Shown piece after piece: positions 1-12,047 of a stretch of DNA of 64,000 bases (position 1 is its first letter; every line of letters begins with the position of its first letter). Under the pieces are notes generated by a model. The model saw nothing but the letters and a program-made list of their open reading frames with translations, was not told the origin of the DNA and ran no database searches. The translations under genes were made by a program, and so were the position numbers. The DNA comes from Anolis carolinensis (taxonomy: Eukaryota): the NCBI RefSeq assembly GCF_035594765.1, contig NC_085844.1:138648107-138712106 (forward strand), given 5' to 3'.

Positions 1-1551
1 ATTGGTTTTGACATCTCTCTCATACCTTCTTAATGAAGTTTTTAATGAAGTCAAGTAATAGTTGCGACTCAGTATATAATTTCAACGCTCAGAGATATAT
101 TTTAAATCTTCTAGATTACTACCGTGATTGCACAATAGATCATATTTGGAAAAGAAATTCACACTAGGATGTGATGAATCACAGTCTCTTTTGAGGATTT
201 GTAGGGCAGCTCCAATGGAGCCAGTTGGATCTATTTCTGTGAAATAGCCTTTATCTACCCATGGCACTATACCATATTAACTGCATCAAAAAGACCTTTC
301 ATGTTGGAGGGAAGTCGAATAATAGGTGTCAATGTAGCATTGAGTGCATTGCTAGCTTGGCAAGTATGCACTATGAGAGCAAGTCAGGGAACTGAGCCAA
401 TTTGATTAAGTTGGGGGTTTGAGTAAGAGGGTTGACAAGCCATACCTGAATTTACATCAAAAGGGTGTGTTCTCTAACCCAGCATCTCTGGTGTGCCCTG
501 CCAGAGCTAGAGCCTGAGAAGCAATAAGGAGAGTTTCTGTCATAGATAAGGCAACAGTGCAGAAGGCTACCAGGCTCTGTACAAAACCTGGATTTCAGTT
601 AGTCTGTTATTTCACAACAGGGTCCCCTCTGGTTTTGAAGAAGACTCTTAGACTATTATTAATTTAAATTATCTTGACAACATTCTATAGAATTCTGGAA
701 TGGTTTGTACTTTGGTGAGGCACTAGAAGGCTGATACTTCTAGATGACCCTCCATAAATTGCTAACCCCAGGATTTCATGGGATGTTGCCTTGGCAACTA
801 AAGTGGAATATAACACAGTTATTCTATGGTGTAATGGGGACCTATGCCCCAATAAACAATTTCCATACAGCCATAGCTATACACTTATAGCTGTATGGAA
901 TCCTCGCAGAGTGCAATGTAGGCTGTAGTTTTTGGCAATCATTCATGTTGGATTCACTTTATGGAAATTGACACAATATATACCTGATTTCAGACATTTA
1001 GATGGCTCTAAATATTCACACAATATGTGTGCATCGCTGCGATCTGTATTCTGAATATGCAGAAATGATTGTTGTTTGGCTCTTACTCCTGATACGGATA
1101 GTTTTGAGGATAACCCCGATCCCTACTTCATTTTAAAAATATTGAAAATACTGGGGGAATATAGGTGAATAACTTAGAAGTGGTAGTTTTGTTTCTCAGT
1201 TAACTGTGGTACCTTTGAAAGACACAGTTCAGTGAGATTATCATAATGTTCTCCCAAGTGCTTAAGAGACGTGTACAGTTCTTTCCTCTTCTCCGTTTCA
1301 GAGGTGGAAGTGGCGGGAACATTTTTATGACCACTTCCTGAATGATTGTATGAACACTAATTTGGCATTAGATATTCTGTGTCATCCACCATTTAGGTTA
1401 CAAGTTTGAGACTATTAGGTGTCCTATTCAGATGAATGAAATGTATATAGGAACGAGCCAAATATTAACGTGATTTCATTGCCATTATTTTTGATACTTC
1501 TGTTTTTGTAAATTTTTAATAACCATTTTTGCTATTTCTTTCCCCCCAAAG

Positions 1552-1564
1552 AGTGAATAACACA
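1552..1564 (+). other. Candidate 13-nt micro-exon of the upstream gene
   Basis: Long pyrimidine tract ...ttctttccccccaaAG, then a perfect gtaagt donor at 1565. Confidence 0.35.
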
Positions 1565-2156
1565 GTAAGTTTAATTTGAACTGAGGTTTTTTTCCTTGAT
1601 GTGCAAATTATCTTTGCTCACAAAATAAAAATCAAGGAATCACCGAGTTGAATGCAGTTTTAATTCAAATACTGTAATGTGTTTCTAAAACAAACTTTAA
1701 AATACTAAACATCTATTGACATGGAATCACATTGCCTCCAAAGGTAGACAGGTAAAAATAATGTCATATAAAGCATTTTTTCCTACATTTCCTCTTAGAT
1801 GTTATTTGTCACCCCCCAAAAAAGGAACTCAAGAACTTTTGAAACTTTCCATTTGACACATTTTTAGTAGAATGTTTTCTTTGTACCTTTGGGGGTAGAC
1901 GAGATTTAAGATTTGTGCAGTTAAGAAATCCCCATGAAATTCATGATGTTGCAATAAGTCAGTAGACAAGTTGAAGGCACATAGACATACACAATTAAAC
2001 ATGGGGGTTCTCATCAACTACTTTCACCTTTTCCAGTGTTCTTTGTCTCCAATAGAGAGGAAGAGCGGGAGAAAGCCAATTATTATGTAAATGGATGCAA
2101 CTGCCATTGCTTATTTTAGGGATAAGAAAGGAATTATACTAACTTCAAACTTCTTA

Positions 2157-2304
2157 GGCTCCTTCTACACTGTCATATAAAATCCAGATTATCTACTTCA
2201 ACTTTAATTATATGGCAGTGTAGACTCATATAATCCAGTTCAAAAGAGATAATCTGGATTATTTACCTTGATAATCTGGATTATATGACAATGTATAGGG
2301 GACC
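2157..2304. mobile_element. Palindromic PIF/Harbinger-type MITE
   Basis: TIR ggc(t/c)ccttctacac ... tgtataggggacc with TTA/TAA flanks. Confidence 0.7.
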
Positions 2305-3176
2305 TAAGAGTTAAGATTTTTTGGAGGGGGGTAGGAATCTGAAGCTCCTATCATGTAAATTCCCTAACATAAGCAAATAGCATCAATTCTTACGGTGCAC
2401 AAGAGCTTGAAGCCTCCAGCCCTCACATGTTCTGTCTCTGGTGTGTCAGTTTTATACTTACAGAGGGTTTTATCTTAGATACAATTCAAATGGTCTCTTC
2501 CACCTACTATCTGAGTTGATAAAAACAAATTTGGAAAATAGTGACTCTCTAACATACAAATCCCTCTCTCCTTATATGGGACTTGGAACAGTAAGGCTTC
2601 AGAATCTCAGTGTGACCTGGATAAGTGTCATGAAGAACTGCCATTCCTGATACAAATACCCATTATCATGTATGTGGAAGCTAGCTGATACACTCTCCTT
2701 CCTTGTACTTTTGTTTCTGTTTCCTTTGTCTTCTGTGGTTTGTGCTGGATTAGGCCATTTTCTACTAAATGTGTTCTTTGTGTGGGAAGTACTAGTTTGT
2801 ATGTCAGTGACAATGGCCCTGTGGTACAAATATGTTTGATATGTCACAAAACCGGAAAGGAATTAGTAGTTGGTGGTTCACAGTTAACCACGAAAGCAAA
2901 GAAGTTATATAACATTGTCAATATATTTTTCAGCATTTCCACAGTCCTACATGAGAAGTATACTGTATCATATGATTAAAAACCCTAGGGACAATTGACA
3001 CATGAGTCAGCATTAAATTGCTTCACTAGACAACTTTCATGAGATTATTAACAATAAGTATTGCTTAGTATACTGTATATGTGAATCCTTTCCTCCTTGT
3101 TCAAAGCATTCCTCATACATATTGGGGAAAAATATTAAATGCCTGTATACTTAACCCCGTGTTAGATACTTTAGAT

Positions 3177-3311
3177 CAATAGTTCTCAACCTGTGAGTCC
3201 CCAGATGTTTTGGCGTTCAACTCTCAGAAATCCTAAGAGCTGATAAATTGGCTAGGAATTCTGGGAGTTGTAGGCCAAAACACCTAGGGACCCACAAGTT
3301 GAGAACTACTG
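3177..3311. mobile_element. ~134-bp hAT (Charlie-like) MITE
   Basis: TIR cagtggttctcaacc-type, fully palindromic, 8-bp TSD ctttagat/ccttagat. Confidence 0.85.
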
Positions 3312-3321
3312 CCTTAGATCC

Positions 3322-3540
3322 AGTGTGGCATGCTGAATTAGGACTCCAGGAGGCCAGGGTTCAATTCCCCATTAGGCCATTGAAAAACACTAGATAACCT
3401 TGGACAAGTCATACTCCCTCAACTTCAGTGGAATCCAAAAGCCAATCCCTTCTGAACAAATCTTGCTGAGAAAACTTTGTGATAGTTCATCTTAGCTTTA
3501 CCATAAGCCAAAAATGAGTTGAAAACATGCATCAACAAGA
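3322..3540 (+). mobile_element. Older tRNA-derived SINE (Squam3-like)
   Basis: B-box ggttcaattccc, gaccttggacaagtca core and caa-rich tail. Related copies at 44190, 51175, 58590 and 62596. Confidence 0.6.
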
Positions 3541-4659
3541 ATTAGATATGTTAGGCTGAGTCTGAGGCCAAGATCCTCTTGAATGCCAGCAGAGCAAAAG
3601 GCCTGATGGTCTAGTGACAGGGTGCCATGATGCATGTGAGCCTTACCACTGAGAAAATGTGAATTCTGCCCATAGAACTCCTGGAAGCAGTGGAAATTCC
3701 ATACTACTCACATTGTAGCCCATTGTGTCACTGGTTTAATTCAGTAAGATCCTAGCCTTTTGGTTATCTGTATGAGCTATATATGAAACATAACTAAATT
3801 TCACATTTAGACTTTGCTTCCATCTCCAAAATAGCTCACTATATATGTATATGCAAATACAGGTATACCAAAAATTAAAATTCCAAATGTTCCTTCCTGG
3901 TCCCAAACATTTTGAGTAATGTACAAGATTGTCCCCAAAATAAAATCCACCCTACAAAAAAGATTTAAAGTATATGTCTCTTGCTAATTCATAGGATATG
4001 GGAATTACCTTTTCTTCTTACAAATGGAATATAGTATAGGAGGGGGGACAAAGCAAGAATCAGGAAGACACAAATCAATATTTAGTACTCTCCAAGTTAC
4101 AGTTACAAGTCATATACTATAGACCAACAGTTACTACTAGTTGATGTGCTAGAGCAAGCCAGAAGCCATGGTTATGTTCTGCAGGTATCTACCCCTTTCA
4201 TACATGAAGTATGCATGCTTACAACAAGATATGCACATGGATAAGGTGAATTGGGTACTCCTCATTATGCCGGTTAAGTCATATGTGTCAGAAACATCTA
4301 ATGAGGTAAGGCAGAGGAGAGATCTACTCTCTTTTCTGAAGTAAAATCTTCTTACCCTTTGCTTTGTCTTTCAGCAAGGCAGGCCCATAAAGAGCCTGGC
4401 TGCATGTAGCTCCATGAAGTCCCATTAGCATTCCTTTTTTGCAGTAGAAGCATCAGCTCAACAAGTCATATCACAAACTACTTATGAAACACTTTTCCAT
4501 TAGCATTTTTATTCATGGCATGATGGTGTGCATGGGAATGGTAGTCCTCACTTTTTAAAAAAGTCTAAAGTAAGCTAGTTTTAAAGTATCTGTTTAAAGA
4601 GTCTTAAAGCTGACCTCAGATATTTTGTTGAAAGAAACTGTTGGCATAATCTTCCCAAT

Positions 4660-4960
4660 GGAAATCTGGAAGAGACCAGGCAATATATTAGAGCCTGCAG
4701 GAAAAGACAAAGGGGAACCCAAAGTGTAGGACACAGTAGAACATAGTGCAAAAAAGGCAAGACGAGAAGCACAGTGGCTATCAGAATAAATAGTTTTAAA
4801 AGGGCTTTGGATAACATCATGGAAAAGGATGGAGTTATCAGTTGGATCTGGCTAGGATGGCAATACGCCACCTCCAGGACTAAAAGCAGTGTGCCCAAGC
4901 ATCTGCTGGTGGGCTTCCAACCAGACACAATGGTGGATTAGATAGATCTTTGTTCCCTTT
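4660..4960 (+). mobile_element. Degenerate CR1 LINE 3' fragment
   Basis: tttaaaagggctttggataac...atgga motif followed by a CR1-like 3' UTR. Confidence 0.5.
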
Positions 4961-5039
4961 CAGCATGCCTCCCTATATTTTTATGGCAACATTTGACAAT
5001 GTAGCCCATGTTCTAAGTACCCAGTGCTGAATAAAAATG

Positions 5040-5216
5040 CAGTCAGCTCACCATATCCATGAGTTCAGCATCCACTGATTCAACCAACCACAGCTCAAAC
5101 ATTTTAGGAAAAATAATTGACATTATTTTACTATAATGAGACTTGAGCATCCATAGACTGGTATCCACATGGGGGTACTGGAACCAAAGCACAGTGGATA
5201 CCTAAGAGCTACTGTA
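5040..5216. mobile_element. Old Tigger/MER2-like MITE
   Basis: cagtc...catatccatg start and tggatac...ctactgta end. Confidence 0.5.
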
Positions 5217-6219
5217 TACTGAATTTCTTCTCCGTATAGTAGCACTATGGTGATGATGGTTATGCCTCCTGCTCTCTTCTTGAGTACGTTTGAACAGCTA
5301 TTTGTGTGAAGGCGGTGCTTGAGGTTCCTGTGGACTTACTTGATGCATCTTCTTCCTACTCTTGCAAGAGAGATGTATTTCTTGTCAAGATGCTTGATTG
5401 CCATTCTAAGGTGTAGTTGAATAGAACAGATGCTCGTGTGCTACAATTTAAGTCAACCCTTTGATTCCTTTTGTCATTCATATTTTTAGGGTACCTACCT
5501 AACCTAGGATGAATTAAGCATACACTTATCTTGCAAAATAGGGGCTCTTCTTCCACACTGTCTCCTTGTACTTTTTAAAAAAGTAACACAGTAATACTAA
5601 AATATTAAAATTAATTGAAAGTTCTTACTTAGGCCAGTCTCAGGAACAGTCTCTTTTAAAATGAACCATTTCCTTTTATAACTTAGCAATGTGACTAACA
5701 ATGCTAAAATATGACTTTTAGCTAGATTTTTTAAATGATCCCACTGTGTTACGAAGCCCTATTAATATGCAGAATTCAGTCAGGGAGGTCCTCATATTTT
5801 AGTGATTTAGAAAAGCTTTGTATTTAGCCTTATAATGTTTGTATTTGTTTGAGATATAATATCAAATGTGATACTAAGCAATAATGTTACTTTACTGGGT
5901 TAATCACGCAGTCTTCTACATACACAAAGTTGTGTATTGATTTTCTTGGAGCTCCATACATGCAAAGAGGACCATGCATGAAGTGGTCCCCACTGCCCCA
6001 TCCTGATCACAGAAATAAATAGGAAAATCCACTTTTACATTGGTTCCACATTCAATATACAAAATGCTTTACCCTGCAGATGTGCAACACATGGATGAGC
6101 CCAAAACCCCTAGCACATTAGAGAGAGTTACTGTACACCTTATCCCTTGCTGACTTAGTTTTCTACCTTCAGGGAAGTTTGTGTTTTCTTAACCCTCTTC
6201 TACAGACAAAAGTGGCACA

Positions 6220-6431
6220 GGGTTGCTGTGAGTTTTCCAGGCTGTATGTTCCTGAAGCATTCTCTCTTGACGTTTCATCCACATCTATGGCAGGCATCCT
6301 CAGAGGTTGCAAGGTCTGTTGGCAACTAGGCAAGTGTGGTTTATATATCTGTGGAAGGTCCAGGTTGGGAGAAAGAACTCTTGTCTGTTTGAGGCAAGTG
6401 TGAATGTTGCAATTGGCCACCTTGATTAACA
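6220..6431 (-). mobile_element. Penelope pLTR fragment with hammerhead motif
   Basis: Near-identical to the terminal region (30035-30245) of the GIY-YIG-coding Penelope copy. Confidence 0.85.
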
Positions 6432-6799
6432 TCCTATCATTTTATTCTCCCTTCATTCCACTGTGTGTCAGGGAGACTTCAGTCCCATTTAAACACACGG
6501 AACTCAACAATTCCTAACTTTTCCTATATGTATTCAATGCCATATTGGTATCATTTATGCACTGGATTTGATGGTCATCTGAGGAAGGGCAAAGGATGAG
6601 AGCAAGCTTTTGCACTGATCTAAACTTTAAGAGGAATACAGAGTGAGGGATCAGGTTGGGGAAAAAGAGGAGGGCTCAATTTCCTCCCCTGTTTCATTGC
6701 CTTGTCTTGTAAGTCCCTCCTTGTATATAATCTGAATTATATTGCCGGGGCTCTCTTGACCGCAGATGCCCCTTTGTTCTTGTGGCTCCTTGCTTGTAG

Positions 6800-8450
6800 G
6801 TGGATGTGTTTTACTGTAGCGTAAGCACAAGCTTTTGGCGCCACAGTCTGTGTCTTTCTGTTTGGTCTTCTTCCATGTCTACTAATGTTTTGTCTTACAC
6901 TGTAATTGCATGCTAGGAGGTAGTTTTAGAATGTACAGAATAGTGCGGAACAGATGGAATTAGTCTATTTGTTTCTTTCAGAAAACAAATAGTTTACATA
7001 TCAACTGGTAGCTAGGAAATACGTGACTGTATATTTTGAACTTTTACAATATTAAGTTTCCCAAAGGAGAAGACAGCATTTTTGAAGTGGACTTTGCACT
7101 AGGGAAAAAAAAGTGATCTGCTTTACCTAAATCATATCGGACCTTTTTGGTACGCAAAATGAGGACTGCCCCTTTTTTTAGAAGAAAGGATGAAAGATAT
7201 ATATACACCGACTATTGCTAACCTGGTTTGATAACTGCATTCCAAAAGTACTTAGGCGCTCTTGAATAGTGGACATCCTGCACTAAATTATATTTAAAGC
7301 AAACCAATTGTACACATAGATAGTTGGACATATTTCTGTCCTTATTTTTTTAAAATTAAGAAGCATAGATTTATATTCAGCTTTGTACCTTACACCCTTT
7401 GTATTATATGAAGCCCCAGTACTGCCTCCCTATGCCTTGGTAGCTGGCTGCCATCTGAACAGAAAACAAGCTGGTTATGGCTGCTGCTGAGCTGATAACG
7501 GTTGCCAACAACTTAAAAACAATTTCTCATGTTTAGAAGTATAAAATATGAGAATTGCTCATTTTTCGTATTTGTATCAAGAGTCAATGGAAATACAGTA
7601 TGCCAGAGATGGGTATAATGTATCAGTTCTAGTTGAGCATATGTTAGCTTTGTAACTTTTGTAGTATTTTTTAAAACTAGTGTCATTGCTAAATTGAAAT
7701 TTCTTTCTTTGGTTATAAGGAAAGATTTAATTTGTGTGCAGTGGTCTGGACAATGATTCGTGTATTTATTTTATTTATTTTTAACTGAGAATGTAGGTCT
7801 TGTATCAGGGAAGCAATCCTTATTGTGAAAGGATATGTAAACGGATAATGAATTGGAGCATACGCTTTAGTTCTTCTATGAGAACACCACTCTGAGCCAT
7901 CTGCTTTTGTGCTTTCCTGTATCAAAGCCCCACAAATACACCAAACACAATGTGCCAGGAAGACGTCCTGCACAAGCACCAATGAAATGCTAAGTGTGTA
8001 AACATTTATTGTCATGGCCGTTGTGCCGGATAATTTTTCTGCTGGACTGTGGCTTTTAGTATCATATGTGCCAACTTCTGAACTGTTGAAAATAATCTAT
8101 TGTATGGCCTTTGGCATCAAATGTGTCAACCGATCCCCCCAAAATCTATTGTATTGCTATTTGATTTACTCATATATACTAAATAACTTATACACACACA
8201 GCTTAAAGCTGACACCTCTGTATGGTGCATATTGATTGTACCTCTTTCTGGTTCTCAATCTATGTTTTTATTTTGTTTTTTAAATAAGCAGCACAAGGTA
8301 CTAATGGCTCAGGTTTTGGTAGTACTGTCATGTGTGCATGCATGTGTTGATAAAAGGCACCAAGGGGTCACTTTTCTCCATCCCAACAGACCCTTTCTTG
8401 TGAACCCTGGTGTTTCAATAAATGAGAAAAAATAAAAGAAATAGTAGAAT
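6800..8450 (+). other. Probable terminal exon/3' UTR of an unidentified upstream gene
   Basis: Acceptors at 6764-65 and 6798-99. About 1.6 kb has no recognisable TE in a TE-dense region and is UTR-like (AU-rich, TGTA motifs). AATAAA at 8417 and 8431. Confidence 0.5.
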
Positions 8451-8869
8451 GTTTTCAGAGCCATTATTTATCTATGTTTTCTGAAATCAGATCTCAAAAT
8501 GACAGTATGTAATGCATTTGCAGATTGCAGTTAGATTGATCAAGAGGATCTGTACAATATTCATAATAATGAAGATGTCTTGACATCCTTGAATGACCTA
8601 AAATATGGCAGAAGTTTGTTCTTTCCCACATAGAAAAAAGGATATTTTCTACATACAGATTATTTGACTAAGGTTTGGTCGATTTCTCCACACACACATA
8701 CAGAAAATGCACATTTGTGGCAATACACAAGTAAGCAACACTCAAAGCAAGATGCTCTTTAAAATTCTATTTTATTTACTTATTAATTTAAAGTTTCTAT
8801 AAACTCTGTTAGAAAAAGTTTTTGCTTGGATTTGGGTTTTATTAAAACCAATTAGAAAATGCATAAGAA

Positions 8870-9585
8870 TGTGGGTAAACTACAACTCCCATCATCTGTC
8901 ATTGCCCTCAAACCACACCAGTACATAAAATGGGTCATAATAGGTATGCGTGCCAAGTTTGGTCCAGATCCATCATTGGTTGGGTTCACATTGTTCTCCA
9001 GATGTGGGTAAACTACAACTCGCATCATCCAGGGCAATCCCCACCCCCAAAAAACCACCAATATGTAACGTTGCTCATGATGGGCATGTGTGCTGAGTTT
9101 GGTTTAGATCCATCATCAGTAGAGTTCACAGTACTCTGGATGTCAGTGAACTACAGCTCCCATCATCCAAGGTCAGTACTCCCCCCTCAAGGAAAAAAAA
9201 GTCCAGCATGTAATGTATATCATGGTGGGTATGTGTACCAAATTTGGTCCAGATCCATTGTTGGTTGGGTTCACATTGCTCTCTGGATGTGGGTAAACTA
9301 CAATTCCCATCATCCAGGGCACACACACACCCCCCCAAAAAAAACCGCCATTAAGTAAAGTTGCTCATGATGGGCAGGTGTGCCAAGTTTGGTTCAGATC
9401 AATCGTCAGTGGAGTTCACTGTACTCTCTGGATGTGGGTGAATTACAGCTTCCATTATCCAGGGTCTTTTCTTCTCCCCCCATCTCCCACAGAAAAGCTC
9501 CACTATGTCAAGTAGGTCATGGTGGGTAGGTGTGCCAAGTTTGGTCCAGATCCATCATTGGTGGGAATCACAGTGCTCTCTAGAT
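8870..9585. repeat. Tandem repeat, five units of ~135-147 bp
   Basis: Unit tgtgggtaaactacaactcccatcatcc...gtgtgccaagtttggtccagatccatcattggt recurs at ~8870, 9003, 9141, 9288 and 9433. Confidence 0.9.
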
Positions 9586-10023
9586 ATGTTTTCCACATAC
9601 AAACATAGCCACATATATACAAACATATTTTCACTTTTCAGATTGGATTTATACCCTGCCGTTCTCCCAGAATGGGATTCAGTGTTCATATGGCTGTTCC
9701 ACTGCTTACTGCCATTTGCATCTGCAGCTTCTACTGTGTGAGGAGTAGCTGTGTATTTTAATCCTCACATGAAAGTATCCTTCAAAATGAAAGTCTGGAA
9801 ATTTCTCCACTTTGGAAAATGGAGTTACAGACATGTTGGAGTTTAACAATAATTACTGGAAGAGTGCTTAGTCCTCACAACTGTGTGAATTAGAATTTTC
9901 CATAGTATATTTTCAATATGGTCATGTCGTAAAGAGAAGCAAAGGATTAGACATGTGGCATACATTCCACTGGGAAGTTCTCCCATGCAAGCTTCACTGA
10001 AAGGAATGAGAGATACCTCAGAG

Positions 10024-10156
10024 GAGTGGTTCTCAACCTGTGGGTCCCCAGGTGTTTTGGCCTACAACTCCAGAAATCCCAGCCAGTTTACCAGCTGTTA
10101 GGATTTCTGGGAGTTGAAGGTCAAAACATCTGGGGACCCACTGGTTGAAAACACTA
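10024..10156. mobile_element. ~134-bp hAT MITE
   Basis: Same family as 3177; TSD cctcagag/tcttagag. Confidence 0.85.
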
Positions 10157-10973
10157 TCTTAGAGGAATAATGTGTGTTCTTATCCAGATCTTAAACATTT
10201 GAGTGGAATTTACCCAGGAATGCCTCTTAGTGGACTGTGGACTTACATGGGTAACAAACTATAGTTGGCATTCTGTTGGTGTTTTACACACATATCATTT
10301 ATATTACACATGTCATCATCCTTTGGGGGCATTAGATAAAGTCTATATTCAGCTCACAGTTACGTCAGCAGAATTCTGCCCATACAGGTGGACACTCTTA
10401 GATGGTGCATAACTGCAGTCGTCAGCCCACATTTGCGGTTTTGACTTTTGTGGTTTTGGTTATTAATACATTTGATTCAAATATTATCTCTAGGAATCTT
10501 TCATTCTTCTAGTGTGACTCTATGGTCAACTTCCTCTGATCATGCAGCAAGTTTTAGAGATTTCTGGAGAGAATAACTCTTAAGAAATCTCTAGCTCCTC
10601 AAGTGCAATGTTATGGTCAGTGGAAGTCAACCATACAGTCATGTTGGAAGACCTAGAAATTCCCAGAGAGGTGAGCTCTCCGGTTAAAAAAAATAACTTC
10701 TTTATTTTCAGTTTTTCACTTTCATGGAGCCCCTAACCCCTGTATTTTCAATTTACCTCTGGAATCAATGGAATTGTGGAGACAGCTATTACCAATCCTC
10801 CATTGCACAATGAGATATTACCCAGCCAAGTTTGTTGGTGCACAATGAGTTCCACAATATTGATATTCTGATATCCCCACCTAGGTAAATCAGTGTACAT
10901 TTATAATATTTAAATACCAATTTGGATTTCAGTCAATGTTCATTCGCTTTTGAGAGTACTTGAAATCATTGGG

Positions 10974-11101
10974 CAGTGGTTCTCAACCTATGGGTCCCCA
11001 GATGTTTTGGCCTTCAACTCCCAGAAATCCTAACAGCTGGTAAACGCTAGGATTTTGGGAACTGTAGGCCAAAACACCTGGGAACAGGTTGAGAACCACC
11101 G
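10974..11101. mobile_element. ~134-bp hAT MITE
   Basis: Same family; TSD tcattggg on both sides. Confidence 0.85.
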
Positions 11102-11995
11102 TCATTGGGGATGGTAGGAATATTTGTTTAAAAGGTTGAAACAATCCTGGACCAATGAGAATCTATAGGAAACGGCATTATCTGTGCAGAAATACTTTCT
11201 TGCACAACAAAGCTGTTTCCTGAACTAAAAATTGTAATTATTCTGCACAAATTTTCCATATGGTTGATTTGCATAGAAAACTGATTTTATTGTTGAAGAC
11301 AACATTTTCAGTGCAGAACATGCATTTTTTTCTGCACAGAAAAAGGCTGTGGACTGTGCAAAATAATCTTGTGTGAATTTTGTACAGAAAGCATCCTGAA
11401 TTGTGTGGTTTTCACAGATATTTTCCAGTGTGAAAAATTATTACTAAAATTATTCATTGCTTCTTTCAAGAAGAAAATTGCATCTTTCAAGAAGAATTAC
11501 ATCCTGGTTTCAGTAAAGGTGGCTGTTACCATTTCCAAAAGTTTTAGAAATTAACCTTGAACTGTGTTGTCAAAGGCTTTCATGGCTGGAATAACAGGGT
11601 TGTTGTGTGTTTTCCAGGCATACATCCTGGAAAACACACAACAACCCTAACCTTGAACTGTAATTCTAAGCATACTTATTAGAGATCAAGCCTGATTAAA
11701 CCCAATGGGAATTAGTTGTGAGTTAACATGTGTCAGCCCACACTTTCTCATCTTGAGTCTACAAAATGGAATGGAACATGGTTGACAGCTTATAATTTAG
11801 AGGGCTATAAAAATGGGATTAACAAAAATTGTGGAGAGTAATATCTTTGATAAAGTTATAGGCAGCAGGAAAAGTGCATTACATATGGGCAGATTTGATC
11901 AAGGAAGCCACAGATATGATCAAGACCTTATGCTAACAAGGAATCCTAGAGGTCACTATTTCATAGGGTTGTCATAAGTCAAAGGCCATAAGAAT

Positions 11996-11997
<2 letters not shown>

Positions 11998-12041
<44 letters not shown>
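11998..12041. repeat. (TA)n microsatellite
   Basis: Read directly from the sequence. Confidence 0.98.

Positions 12042-12047
<6 letters not shown>

Noticed and set aside
82-400. 61-aa minus-strand ORF
   Set aside because: It has no recognisable homology or splice support and may be a decayed retroelement.
1341-1390. Possible C/D snoRNA (ATGATT start)
   Set aside because: There is no properly placed CTGA D box or terminal stem.
8870-9585. CRISPR-like repeat/spacer appearance
   Set aside because: This is a vertebrate genome, the units are long and diverged, there are no unique spacers of uniform length, and there are no cas genes.
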